Below are positions 12,672 to 24,067 of a stretch of DNA of 64,000 nt, one piece after another. The position numbers were made by a program, and so were the translations under genes. Origin of the DNA: Haplodiscus bocki (lineage: Eukaryota); the NCBI GenBank assembly GCA_965655095.1, contig OZ296657.1, forward strand, positions 44,082,001 to 44,146,000, given 5' to 3'. How positions within the stretch are numbered: the stretch's first letter is position 1; the number at the start of each line of letters is the position of its first letter. The notes beneath the pieces are model-generated. The model had not been told where the DNA came from. It saw only the letters and a program-made list of their open reading frames with translations, and did not search any database.

Positions 12672-12910
12672 CAGGAACAGCCCGAGTCTGGGGTCAAAAT
12701 ATCTATGGGGGTCCTTTTTTGGAGAAATTGTGGCTTTTCGGACAAAAAAAAACGTTTTTTTTTCTGCTCAAAAAATTGTCACATAGATTTGAAAAATGTA
12801 TAAAATTTTGTCGAAAATTCCTTAGAAAGACACTTTGGTACGATATGTACTATCTGAGAAAGTTCATAGACCAAAAATCTTGGGTATATGCTTTTGCAGA
12901 ACATTTTTTG
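12672..12910 (+). repeat. Dispersed repeat, diverged copy of 2505-2710
   Basis: See 2505-2710. Confidence 0.55.
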
Positions 12911-13359
12911 ATATATGTAAGGGGGTTACATATAAACCTTCTTTCCCGTTCCTGGTTTGTAAAGTAATAATCGGTATTTCAAAGCGCCGACTAAAAACAC
13001 ATGCGATGTAATTGAAACTTTCACTGACCATACCAAATTTCTTTCATAAAAATCGTGATTCATTTTATCGCGAGATTTCTTAATCTTTCATCTATTTCTT
13101 TATTCATGCATTCCAGGGCCACGCACACCGGTGCCAGGTGAAGAAAGGGAAAAATTCAAGTGAAGGTGACTGAGAAACCAGAAAAGAAGCCCGGCACCGA
13201 CACGCAGTACAGCCTTCTTAGAGTGTCAATAACGGTCTCATGCGAATAAAAAAGGCATCGTAAACTTCACCAAGTTGAGGAATATATAAAAAACGATCGG
13301 CTACCACAGGCATATTTTCCGCCCTAACTTTGCTACAGCTACCTTTTAAAAGGATGCAA

Positions 13360-13790
13360 GCTTTTTACCAAAAAAATACTAGTTTCAGCAGATTTTGAAA
13401 ATTTTTTTGAAATTCTCTGATTCCTGTAAAAAACTCAATTCACATGGAAAGATACTTTGATGAAATATTATCATTTGATAGGCAACCTACAGCAAATTTG
13501 TCATTTTTAACGATTATTTCAAGATCTTTTTGAAAAAAAAAACACGTAATTTGCCGAAAAAAACTCAAACTTCGTACATTTTGAGAAATCTAAGTATTTC
13601 AGTTGCATTAGACGTTAAATCTGCCATAATTTCAAGATTGATAAATTTCAGATTCAGAACCAACTAACATCGGACATTTTCAACATCGGCCACTATCAAT
13701 TGGCAGGTAAACGCTGAAAACCGTTCGCTTTCAGTGCATGACTTTCCCTACATATTTATAAAAGGGCAAAAAAATAGGTCTTCATACCAC
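13360..13790 (+). repeat. Dispersed non-coding repeat family (copies at ~62800-63360 and partially at ~50110-50200)
   Basis: Shares tcatttgat...tacagcaaatttg-ca-tttta-cgatt, ttttgagaaa--t-a-tatttcagt and tcaattggca with the 62.9-63.3 kb copy, and tttcagattcagaacc...aacatcggaca with 50.1 kb. Confidence 0.65.
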
Positions 13791-14011
13791 AAAGCACGTT
13801 AGAAAACAGATAATGAGTTGATTTGAGTTGATTCTAGCATTAAAGCACGCCAGATTTTGACAGCCGAAAGTCTGCCATTTCAATAACAGCCTCCCGGCCT
13901 CTAAGAAGGCGCTTATGGACGACTCGACGATGTGCAGCTGTCTTCAAAGTGATCTGCAAACAAAGGCATAGAAAAGAACTCGTGAACAGGGTAAAACTCA
14001 TCTTGGTTGTT

Positions 14012-14820
14012 GTTTTAACAACCGTAATTTTATCGTTAAACCCATGACAAGAGCTCTTTCCTATTTTTCTTCCTCCGATGCGCGGACGGGTTTTATTAGG
14101 TTTCTTTTGACTGTTCTTTTCCTTTCTGGAATTGCTCTAGTTGAGAAATTGTTTGAGTTTCAATAGTTTTAATTAAAAAATAATACACAAAAAGAATAAA
14201 TCTTACATTTTCAAGTGAGAAGAGTTGAGGATCGTAAATATTGAGGTTGCAATTTTCTTGTTTTGCTGTTGAGTGTTGCTCAAAAGACGGTTCGAGGTGT
14301 TGTGTCGGGGTCTATAACTTCTGGGTCGCTCAGAGTTTTGGATTTTTGAAAGCTCAAAAAGGCAAACAGTAAGGGTCAACGGTTAGATAAAGAAAAAAAC
14401 ACGTTTCAACAAGTTTAAAATATAAGCTAGATTCCTGCAAAGGTTTGAAATGCGAATTCCATTTAAGGGGGAACGAAAAATAAAAATGTATCAGATAAGA
14501 GCAGGAGCTGTGTATTATTGGAACTGCGTAATAGTGAAATTCGGAGAGTTGACAAATAAGTTTCATTAAAAACAGACGGGTACTTTTTCGGCGAAATAGA
14601 ATTAAAGTACAATAAAATGAGATTATTGTCTATTAGGTTGCAAAATTGTGTATTATTTTGTACGGTTTGTTTTTCTAAAGCGAGTTGAGGGTACTTGAGT
14701 TTCTGACGAGTCCCCTGTGTTGTTGATAAAGTCGCCTTTATGTTATTGCAGCCTCACTGAGTCCACTTAAATCTACGAAGCGCTTTGCTGTTACTTTTTA
14801 TTACAGCGGCGACGACCGCT
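14012..14820 (-). repeat. 3' LTR
   Basis: Direct repeat of 26898-27721 along its whole length, roughly one difference per 8-10 nt by eye. Confidence 0.9.
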
Positions 14821-15091
14821 ATGTCACTCGCGCCATGTGGGAATTGCGTCCCCGCAATAAGTAGAGAGCACTAAGCGCTGGCCAAGCAGCGAATCCTCGT
14901 AGACCACCACTGAAGGAGTCTAATGAGGAACGACCAGAAAGCAACAGAGCCGACAAGAAGAAGAAAGGCTTTGTTAAAGTTGAAGAAGAGGATGTACTGT
15001 TAGTAGTGTGAGTAGAAGTATGGCCGTGACTGCAGCAGAGAAAGGTCTTGCGGGGTTAACAGGTATGGAGATCCTGGTGGCGATGGTGATG

Positions 15092-15730
15092 TTAGATCTT
15101 TGGAGGTTGCATTGGCTGTTGTTGTTGTTTTTTTCGGAAACGTGAGCGTCGTCGATTGCTGTTGAGTCTTAATTTTCTCTGAGTTAGTTGGCGGAGGTAA
15201 CTAATGTGTTTGGATATTAAGAAGAAAATCCTGATTTCCAATGAGATGTCGAAACAGAGTTCACTGTACTTGCGAAGTAAGGCCTTGTTCTTTAGTTTAC
15301 GGTGTGATAAAAATTTCTGACTGCATGAATGGTGAAAAAGCACCGACTGAGCAGTTCGAAAACTGGAGGAGAGCTAATCCGGTGGCAGTAGACTATGGCA
15401 GCGACGGAACAAGGAAAAGCACGGATTGCTTTCAACGAGTTATTGGGGACTTAATGATTTGTAGAAATTTGAGGAGTGCGGTGTAATTGAATTGTTAATG
15501 GTGTCATGCCAGAGGACGACTTGTAAATTTAAAGTGTGTTTGTGTAGACGGAGAAACTTATTAAGTTGATATTGGACTGTTTTGCAGGAGAAACGGGCAG
15601 AGCGTTGTACTAAATGGAGTCCACGAATAGCAGTTAGACAACGTTGCCGTTTAAAAACACCACTATTAAGAGTGTTCACAGCAGCAGCTAGAGAACTGGC
15701 ACCAAATACATGCAGCGTCCACTTCAGGAG
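15092..15730 (-). pseudogene. Accessory ORF E relic, SGNH/GDSL-hydrolase-like
   Basis: Stitched frames read HVFGASSL..AIRGL..VVLWHDTINN..AAIVYC..KYSEL. The spacing resembles SGNH blocks I, II, III and V; at least two frameshifts or stops are needed. Confidence 0.4.
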
Positions 15731-15804
15731 CTGAAAATAAAACGCTGTCTAAGAAGGGAAGACATGTCACACGACAAACCCAGCCAGGGGCAAACGAGAC
15801 TCAA

Positions 15805-16160
15805 CTAAAAAAGGGGTGGGGCATCAAGACAACAGATCCCACCAAACGAAACAGCTGTACGAATGCAAAAGAAACGGGAGGTCACCCTTGTGCCGTAACT
15901 AAGGAGCAGCTCCAATTGAGGATACTCTAGACGCCCTTGTGGCGCGGGAAACGCATCGGGCGCGCTCGGGATACATCGCGGGCATCGACGAGTGTTTCGT
16001 AGAAGACGGCGCAGCCACTCCGGGCCGCAATGATCGTAGACTTGACGGAGGGGTGGAGTGGTGAGTGTCCGCTTTATTAATGTGATAAACGTCACCAGGC
16101 GGCCGGCTGATTGAACCAGAGGGTCTTCTGGGGTTGGGGGTTTGTCCGGGTGTGAGCATT
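15805..16160 (-). pseudogene. Accessory ORF D (unknown function)
   Basis: Open frame PDKPPTPEDPLVQSAGRLVTFITLIKRTL...CPRC in element sense between ORF C and ORF E. Confidence 0.3.
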
Positions 16161-16910
16161 TCAAAAACAAGTTAGCACGCCCGGAAAGTGCGCATAGCAA
16201 GGGAAGTGCTCCAAGGTGTCGTCCGGTGTGAGATCATCGTCGAAGTCGGTAGGTAGGGTTAAGACTAACTGTCCTAAAAGGCGTAAGATGGCTTTGGCAT
16301 TGGAAGATTTGGTTGTGAGTCGGCTGCGCAATGAACCGGTCGTTTCAAAATGTGCCATAGAGTGGGTCATAAGGTTATTGTGGGTGTCATTAAGGTCCTG
16401 GAGACGGGACCGGAGATGCTCCATTTCAACAGCCAAGGACGCAACTTGAGAGTGCAGAGCGGCTTCTGCCTGCTGAGTGGAGCGAAGTTGTAGCTGGGAC
16501 TGTTCGAGCTGCTTGCGAGCCTCGGTAACAGCGTTTTCGAGATTGTCAACGGAGGAGTAGTCGGCCATCAGGAAAACCCACTCATCCATCGCATCCCGTT
16601 GAGGAAAATCCACTTGCACAGCGGAGTCAGAAATGTCAGGGAGACTTTGAGGAGGTATCGGTTCGGGGCAGAAGCAGTTTGCCGTAGGCAAAACGGCCGG
16701 AACTGAAACCTCACAAATGGCAGGGCGTAGCAACCAGATTTGCTTCAGGGAGCGCTTAAAAGGGCAATTACGACAATTCATCTTTTGGAGCCAAACGCTG
16801 CCTTCCTCAGGGAAGATCTTTGTCACCCGGTACTGTAGATCTTCAAGCCGGAGTACGTGGTCATTGACTGCAACAGGATGGAACTGGCCCGACCTAGTTA
16901 GTAGAGGCAA
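16161..16910 (-). CDS. Accessory ORF C, coiled-coil protein of the retroelement
   Basis: 249 stop-free codons in element sense downstream of env; heptad-like LENAVTEARKQLEQSQLQL...LRSRLQDLND; the annotated start is not ATG. Confidence 0.55.
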   Translation of the reverse strand: MPLLTRSGQFHPVAVNDHVLRLEDLQYRVTKIFPEEGSVWLQKMNCRNCPFKRSLKQIWLLRPAICEVSVPAVLPTANCFCPEPIPPQSLPDISDSAVQVDFPQRDAMDEWVFLMADYSSVDNLENAVTEARKQLEQSQLQLRSTQQAEAALHSQVASLAVEMEHLRSRLQDLNDTHNNLMTHSMAHFETTGSLRSRLTTKSSNAKAILRLLGQLVLTLPTDFDDDLTPDDTLEHFPCYAHFPGVLTCF

Positions 16911-17263
16911 GGATTGTTGGGGTTGTTGGAAGAAGTTGAATTAAGACCTAAAGAAACGAAGCATTACCACTCGATCACATGGCTTAGAAAAAAACGGACG
17001 TTAAGGCGAATGGCAAGAACAGAAAAAAGGGTTTCACAACGAGAGACATACGGAAACATATGATATTTCTTGAAAACACGGAAACGTGTGTGCAGAAATG
17101 AGCAACTGAAGAAAGAAGGCACGGAAACATGCCATGTGCAGAAGCAGAGAGGATTTGCTCAATAAAGACGGGGAAACGCCATCTCTGTTCAACGTAGTTT
17201 CAGGGTAAGACGCTCAAGGAAGATGTGTTTAATAGAAGGGAAGTCACACGTGTTTGAGAAGAG

Positions 17264-19606
17264 TTAGATGGATGAGGCACTGTAGATTGGGAAGCCAATT
17301 AGGGGATATGCACGTTGTGGAACACTAGTAACAGGGGTCAAAACGGTGGAAATGTCATTAGTAGAGTTGTTAGTAATCTTAATAATTGCAGTAAGATTGA
17401 GTGGAACGTTTAGACTAGGACGGCGAAAAGCTTCTTTTGCAAGAGCCTGTGAAGCCTTAAACTCGGGTACTGACAAGCACAGAAAGGAGGTATCAGAAGC
17501 AGTGGCCTGAAATTGTTCAACAATGTGAAGCAAACGACCAGCTGTTCCACGGAAAAAGCGCTGTGGATGTGCAAACAGACGTGTCCAGTGGCGAAGAGAA
17601 AGTGTGAAGCTAATACAGAAGGTGAGTAGAGACAACGTGACAGAAACCATAGAAGAAAGGACGGCTGTTCGAGTAGGGAGATATTAGGAAAAAACTGCCG
17701 ATGTTGCCCGTGAAATGCACAAGTAATACTTGGCAATAGGACAAGTTAGACCGGCAAGTGACTCCAGAGACATGCGTGTGACGTTCGGGAGTTCCGCTAA
17801 TTCAAGTCGGACGGTGCTCAGAACGGACTGCCGTGCCTCAGCAATAGAGTAAGTGTGAAACTTTTGTGTGGTTGTGGAGACTTGCTAGAAACTTTGATCT
17901 AGGGATGGGGTAAGCTCGATCGTAGCCAGCAATGGTTCTGGGTTGTTTTTACAGAAATCAATGTCAGGAACCAATTCTAGGTACCCTTGATTGAAACAAA
18001 ATTTGCTCATACATCTCGAGCGGACAAGGCAGAGTTGACATGATAATGTTCAAATGGTGAAGCCTGCGGCATCAGTATCGTTCTTCATCTGGATGTTGGG
18101 ATCTCTTGAGATAAAATGATACATGCCGTCGGCTAAATAAACTCCTTGTGGTGCATCGGGCAGAAGAACAGGTTCCACTTTACAGTGTCTCAGGTATGGA
18201 ATATCGTAATTGTAAAACAATGAAGGTAAGCAAAGAAGTGTGTCATCGGTAGTGATAGAAACTTGCTGGCTGCAATGTTTTATACGGTTAATATCCGAAC
18301 AATGGTGAAAGCTAGAGGCGTTGAGTTCGGCAAAACGTTTTCTGTGATTGGAGACCGCGAGAAGGGAGTTGGAGAAGTGATATATATAAGCAGTGCCACT
18401 GTCATTGTTTGGCTGATAGAGGGGGGTAGCCTGGAAAAAATTGAAAGGTTTTTTTGGGTTCATTGGAATTCCAAAGACTAAAGAAGTGCCCCGCGAAAGG
18501 AAGGAGACTTCCAGAACGATTTGGAACTCATAATAAATGGCTTCCTGTCCTGCGAGAATCGCTGGGGAGAGTTGGGTCCCTCTGGAAATCTCGTCGTTGG
18601 CAAGCTCAATTACTATCGTGGCCAATTGGGAAAGAATTAGAAATTGTTGGGGGACATACCCAGCTGCAAGTGACGAGATTGTAGAGAAGAGAGCAATTTG
18701 GTAAGTGTGAAAGGCAGCTCGCCAAAATTTTATGTGTGTGTAGAAGGTTCCCAAGTGATCCACGTAGTCACGGATCTGCTGCAAGAAAATCATATTCTGT
18801 GTGAAGTGTCCATTACATACTGATAATGAAGCAATTATGCCTTTGATTTCAAATACCTCGGTTTGCAGGAGATTTAAATGACCACCAACTATTTCCGTTA
18901 TTTCCCGTACACTTTTCTTTGTTTCTTTAATTTCTTTTCCCAAAACAAAAAAACAATCATCGTTTTTGGTCTCTACTCTTTCCAACACAGCTTGAAATTG
19001 TTTCTGAGTCGCCATGACGTGGTCAACATTTTGTTCCAGGTCCTTGGTGTCTGTGTAAAGATTAAAGATGGAGAGGACTGAACCTGCAGCGTCTTTGACT
19101 GGACTTCAAAGAACCAGTCCGGCGACAGCTGCAGCCGCTGCAATTGTTCCCCCAGCGCGTTTATTACGAGCTGTTCCATAGTCAGGCGTAATAGATGGTG
19201 GCAAAAAGTACGAGGCCACATCTAATAGTTAATTCTGATCTGTGTGTGCAGCATTGATCTCATTTTGTATCAAGGAAAGTTTCTCCTCCAGCTGGTCGAA
19301 TAGTTGGTCATATAAGGTACCCATGTGCTCTGTTCGACAGAGTTTGACTGTATCCATGCCAGCCATCGAATCGGTGTGGCCTTGTGCTTTAAGAATTGTA
19401 TAGGCATCGGTTCAAATAATCTCCGGAATTTTGGGGAACGGTGAAAACACACGAACCTTACTCTCACTTTCGGGTGTCACACCCCGGTATTTCAAAACAA
19501 TTGCTGCACGTTTTTTGAAGACTGGTTTGTCCAATGCACCGCTTAAGTGGCTAGTGAATTGAATGTCCGTGAAAACAATATTAGTAAGAGCGAGTAGTAG
19601 AACCAT
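17264..19606 (-). pseudogene. env: env: class I fusion glycoprotein (errantivirus env/baculovirus F-like), disrupted
   Basis: ATG at 19606 with signal peptide MVLLLALTNIVF; furin site RNKR (19157-19168) followed by hydrophobic AGGTIAAAAAVAGLVL; heptad region; Cys-rich ectodomain (18050-19015); TM VSVTLSLLTFCISFTL near 17600. Confidence 0.8.
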
Positions 19607-20349
19607 CGCTAAAATGTTCGTTGACGTCTTTGGTGTGTTGCGTGTCCTGAAGACACACACATACTCAAGGATCACTTGGCGCTGGCATTGGCTGTTTAGG
19701 TGTTAGTGTGGGTTAGAGGTGCTTGGTTCGATTGCCGTTTTTGGACTTTCGAGAGGAGAGATATGCGGTAATGTTTGCGGGCAGTCTGTCCCTGCAGAGT
19801 GACTCCGCTTTGCGCTGTACCACGGTAGTAGCGCGCAATTCTCGTGCTGATGGTGGGGGAGGTTCCCTGAGAAGACGGCCGTGCAGGCGCTTTGAAGCTC
19901 CTGCGATCACGGAGTCTAAATTGGAGTTTGCGGAAGGAGAGGAAAAGGAGTGGAAGTACGATGCTTCGTTTCCGGACGGACCAGGAAGTGTTGACGGCCG
20001 GAGCTCGCCAGATTGTATACCTCGACGGCCAGATGTCCTTTGGAGTAACTCCAGAGAGCGGTCTTTTACCACAAGTGGACGAGGAACAAGCTGGGCGTGT
20101 GGATCCGTTGAAAGAGTCGTGAGGGGAAAGAGGGCCGATGGTGTTGGTGGGAACTCCGGCGGCAAGTCGCCCCGAGAGGAAACGGGCGTGGGCGTGGCGA
20201 TAGGCTGTGGACGGTAAAGTCACTTGGGAGTGGCAGAGGACGGAAAGGAAGTCGTTGAAAAGGTCATACACTCACAATGGGAGTGGTTGAACTGTTTAAA
20301 TTTTTGCTGGTTGGGACATTTTTGGATATCGCGTTACGTTCGGGAAATA

Positions 20350-21400
20350 ATCATGTAGGAGCTACGACACCCTGTTACTGCATGAGTCGATCGTTATGGA
20401 CAACGAGTTGCTTTCCATTGCCTATTTCTTCGATTTGTAGTTTACTTTTTTGAGGCATTTAATGATGCGGTAGGGGCCTCGCCACTGGCTAGATAACTTG
20501 AGGCTACAACCCCGTGGGGTGACAGGCAAATGAAGGAGAACGCAGTCCCCTTCTTTGTACACTGGTCCGTGCACTTTACGACTATAAAAGGCACTTCGTC
20601 GGGGCTGTTGAGAAGTAGTGTTTCGTCAGACTAGCTCAAACGCTTTGCAAATGGCTGCTTGTTGCTCTAACAACTGCTTATTCAGAGACGATGGCTCACT
20701 GCGTTCGGGAGGTTTGTACATAAAGTCAAGTGGCAATGACATTTCATGTCCAGACACAAGAAAGTATGGTGTGAATCCTGTGGATTCATGGACCGATGAT
20801 CGGTAGGCCATTAAAACAAACGGTAGCAACGTGGACCAAGCCCACTGGTTCTGATCTAAACACTTCGAGAGCATGTTCAACAATGTTCGATTCAATCGTT
20901 CAATAACAGCATTGGACTGAGCATGGAAGGACGTAGTCCGAGTTTTGTCAACCTCTAATCGTCGCCTTAATTGTTGGAAAAGTTCGGACTCGAAGTTCTG
21001 ACCTCGGTCAGTATGTATGCTATGAAGGCATCCGAGGCGACAAATCGAGTAGTTGAGTAGAACTTTGGCTGTGGTTTCAGCTCGTTGATCAGGCATTGGA
21101 GTAGCTTCGTACGTTTTGGTGAAGTGATCGCCAATTAACAAAAGATATTGACAGTTATTGGATTTCGGGAGGGGTCCAAGAAAGTCCAACCCAATGAGGT
21201 AGAACGGTTAACTCACACGACAATCAATGGGAGACCGCCGGTACGTCCTTGGATGTCGAGCTCGCTTTTGGCAGCGATCGCAACAGCGATTTTTTTTACG
21301 TCCACCTTGAATCCTGGCTAGTGATATTGTTGTCGTTTTTTCACTATCGTCTTTTAGGTACCCAAATGTCCTGCTGTAGCTAAGTTTTGGAGTTATGATA
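20350..21400 (-). pseudogene. Integrase (HHCC, D,D(35)E core, GPY/F motif)
   Basis: ORF 20626-21189 holds the core; WRGPYRIIK lies near 20480. Confidence 0.9.
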
Positions 21401-21695
21401 TAAATTTGGAGACTAAAGCTGGAGAGATAATTTGTTGGAGGTAGGATTTACTGCCGTTAACTGGTTCGATTTCTCGGCAAAGCACGTCTTCGTGGGGGTA
21501 AAGGTTTGCCAATTGTTTACACATTTGCCATCCCAGACGGTGTAGGCCTTTTAACTCAATTTGTTGGAGTGTATATCCTTTTCTGATCCATTCTCTGACA
21601 CGTCTCAAGCTTTCGTCAGCTTGCTGTGCTTTGAGTAACGGATTAGCAGCCGCGGTTGCCAGCGGTGATGGCGCTGACCCTAGTTCCTCCTTATG

Positions 21696-22110
21696 GTACA
21701 CAATGATGGCAACAGGTGATGTCTTGAAGGTGTCTTGGAAAAGTTGTCGAACCACGTCCCATTCGAGTTTGTCAAGACCGGAACAGATGCAGGGCATGCT
21801 GATTTGACGAACTCCGTTTTCTTCCGCATGCGTCCGCATACATCCGAGGGAGACGCACAATGTTCCAAAAGTTGGCTTGTTATGGAACTTTTGCTTAGTA
21901 ACCAAATGGTAAATGTATCTTTTCTCACTGGATATACATTACGGCCACAGTCGATTCAATCTATGATCCAAATTGATGGGCTGCTGGTCGAAACGTTTGT
22001 CGAAAGTTTGCGGGCTATGCCGGCTGACAATTTGAAGTCGGCAGCAATACAATGGGTGAGGGAGTCAGTTAAATGGAACAGGTCGCCAATGATCTCTTGG
22101 TAACGAATTG
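21696..22110 (-). pseudogene. TARG1/OARD1 (Poa1-like) macrodomain embedded in pol
   Basis: IIGDLF..DSLTHCIAADFKLSAGIA / RYIYHLVTKQKFHNKPT..L..MRTHAEENGVRQISMPCICSGLDKLEWDVV..F..IIVY is collinear with TARG1 motifs GDLF, DSLAHCIS, MGAGIA, RYIYYLITK, LSMPRIGCGLDRLQW, ITVY. Confidence 0.85.
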
Positions 22111-22299
22111 GCGCAATCAGAATGCTTGTTGAAAAATGAGAATTTCGCGGGATTTCTCTGTTAGTCTATTCCTCGGAGGTGGTGGATGCATGGTCATCAT
22201 CATTCTTTTGTGTCATAGTGGAATGTTCCCACTGGTTGTTTTTATCTTGGTGTTGGCACTCGATTTCGCCGCTATTTCGTGCAGCAATATTTACTTCAT

Positions 22300-22700
22300 G
22301 GGAGAGAACTCTTGAGAGGCCATCGGCTTGACCGATTGATGTCCTAGGCCTATGCCGAACCGTGGAATTGAAGGACGCTATTTTTCTAACCAACGGGCGG
22401 TTATTCCGTCTGGATCTTTGAAATTGTGTAGTCATTGGAGTGCCTTATGGTCAGTTACGATCGTAAACTTCCGTCCCAACAAGTGGTGACGGAAACGTCT
22501 GGTAAAAGTAAGGATGGCAAGGAGTTCGCAACGAGTTGCTGAATATCTTGTCTGCGACTTCGAAAGTGCTTTGGAACCGTAAAAGATGGCTTTTTCCATA
22601 CCATCTTGTACTTGAGCAAGGAAGGCGCCCATTGCCAACTGACTTGCATCATTGTACAGAATAAAAGGCTGTTGGAGACACGGAAAGGCCAAAATAGGGG
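22300..22700 (-). pseudogene. RNase H domain of pol
   Basis: DAS, ELLAI, TDH and ADGLSR motifs. Confidence 0.85.
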
Positions 22701-23550
22701 TTGACGTTCGACGCGTTTTCAGGGTTTCGAAAGCGTGCGGGCTTCTTCAGTCCAACAGAACACGCAAGAAGTTTCACTGACCTTGTGGACAGGGCGGGCG
22801 ATGGCGGAGAAATTGGAGAGATAACGCCTTTAATAGGATGCTAGTCCCAGGTATCGTTTGACTTCAGTTTGATTTTTTGGTATGGGGAACTTTTTTACAA
22901 CATCATCTTTTCAAGGTCAACTTGAAGGCCGTCTTTATTGACAATATGGCCCAGAAACTGCATTTTTGTTTGAAAAAAGGAATATTTTACAGGATTGATT
23001 TTCAGGTTAGCATTGCGAAATCGTTGAAAAACTTTTTGGACTCGTGAAACGTGTTCCTCTGGGGTCCCCGAAAGGATGATGCAATCGTTCAAGTTTGGTA
23101 CACATGACTTCCATGTGAGGCCATTCAAAATGTTTTTCATGAAATTCTGGAAAGTATTTGGGCCTCTCGTGAGACCCATTGGCATTCGAAGTTATTTAAA
23201 AGAACCAAAAGGGTACTGAAAGCGGTGAATTTCTGACTGGTTGTGTCCATTGGGACTTGATAAAAACCTGCAGACATGTCGATTGTAGATTAAAAGGAGC
23301 TGCCTTCTACCGTGTCGAAAATTTCGTTTGTTTTTGGTTGGGCCAGTTAGACTTGATTGTTTGTTTGATAAGCTGGCGGTAGTCTATTACGATGCGTAGT
23401 TTTCCCTTTCTGTTGGGCACCAACATAGCGGGGTCGCTGTAGGGGCTGTGACAAGGGGCTATCATAACTTTTCTCACGAAAACGTCCAATTTATCCGGAA
23501 AATCCTGCTTGTAGTGCAAGAGCATTCGTCGATTCGGGAGCTTCACGGAT
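22700..23550 (-). pseudogene. Reverse transcriptase domain of pol
   Basis: SPYSDPAMLV, IDYRQL, PMGL, FLGHIV and YLGLASY motifs in broken frames. Confidence 0.88.
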
Positions 23551-24067
23551 TTAGAACCGGGATAAATTTCGATTTTATGTGTTATTGCATCGCATTTGGC
23601 AAGATCCCATTCACTTTTTGAGAAAATAACTTTATGTTCCTGAACAAGGTTTTTAACTTGTTTTGGCAGCCTGGTGGGACGCTGGAATCAGTTGCCTGGG
23701 TAACGTGGTGCAGGTCGTACTTGCTGAGTTGAGTGATGGGTAGGGGCTTCGGCATGGGGCTGATACCATTCAGCCATCCATCCGGAATAAATTCAGAGAA
23801 TCCAAGTGTCGTGTTTTTGTAATTAATCACGTTGGAGTCAGCTTTATTCTCTAAGGCAATTCGAACAACTTCCTTCGAGTAGTTGAAAAAAATATTGGGA
23901 ACAGAAATTTCGTTTCCGGTTGAAAATTTGCTTTGGGGCTCGCAGACAGCGTTGAGGGTGACGGGTGGTCTCTTACAGTTTGGGATGTGTGCTGGAAGAT
24001 TTTTGGTAAGGCCTGCTGGAACCAAGGTAGTTTCGGTCGCTACAAATCGAAAGACTGTATTGGTGTG

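Noticed and set aside
23582-24025. dUTPase between protease and RT
   Set aside because: The position fits, but no conserved dUTPase motifs are visible; treated as pol linker.
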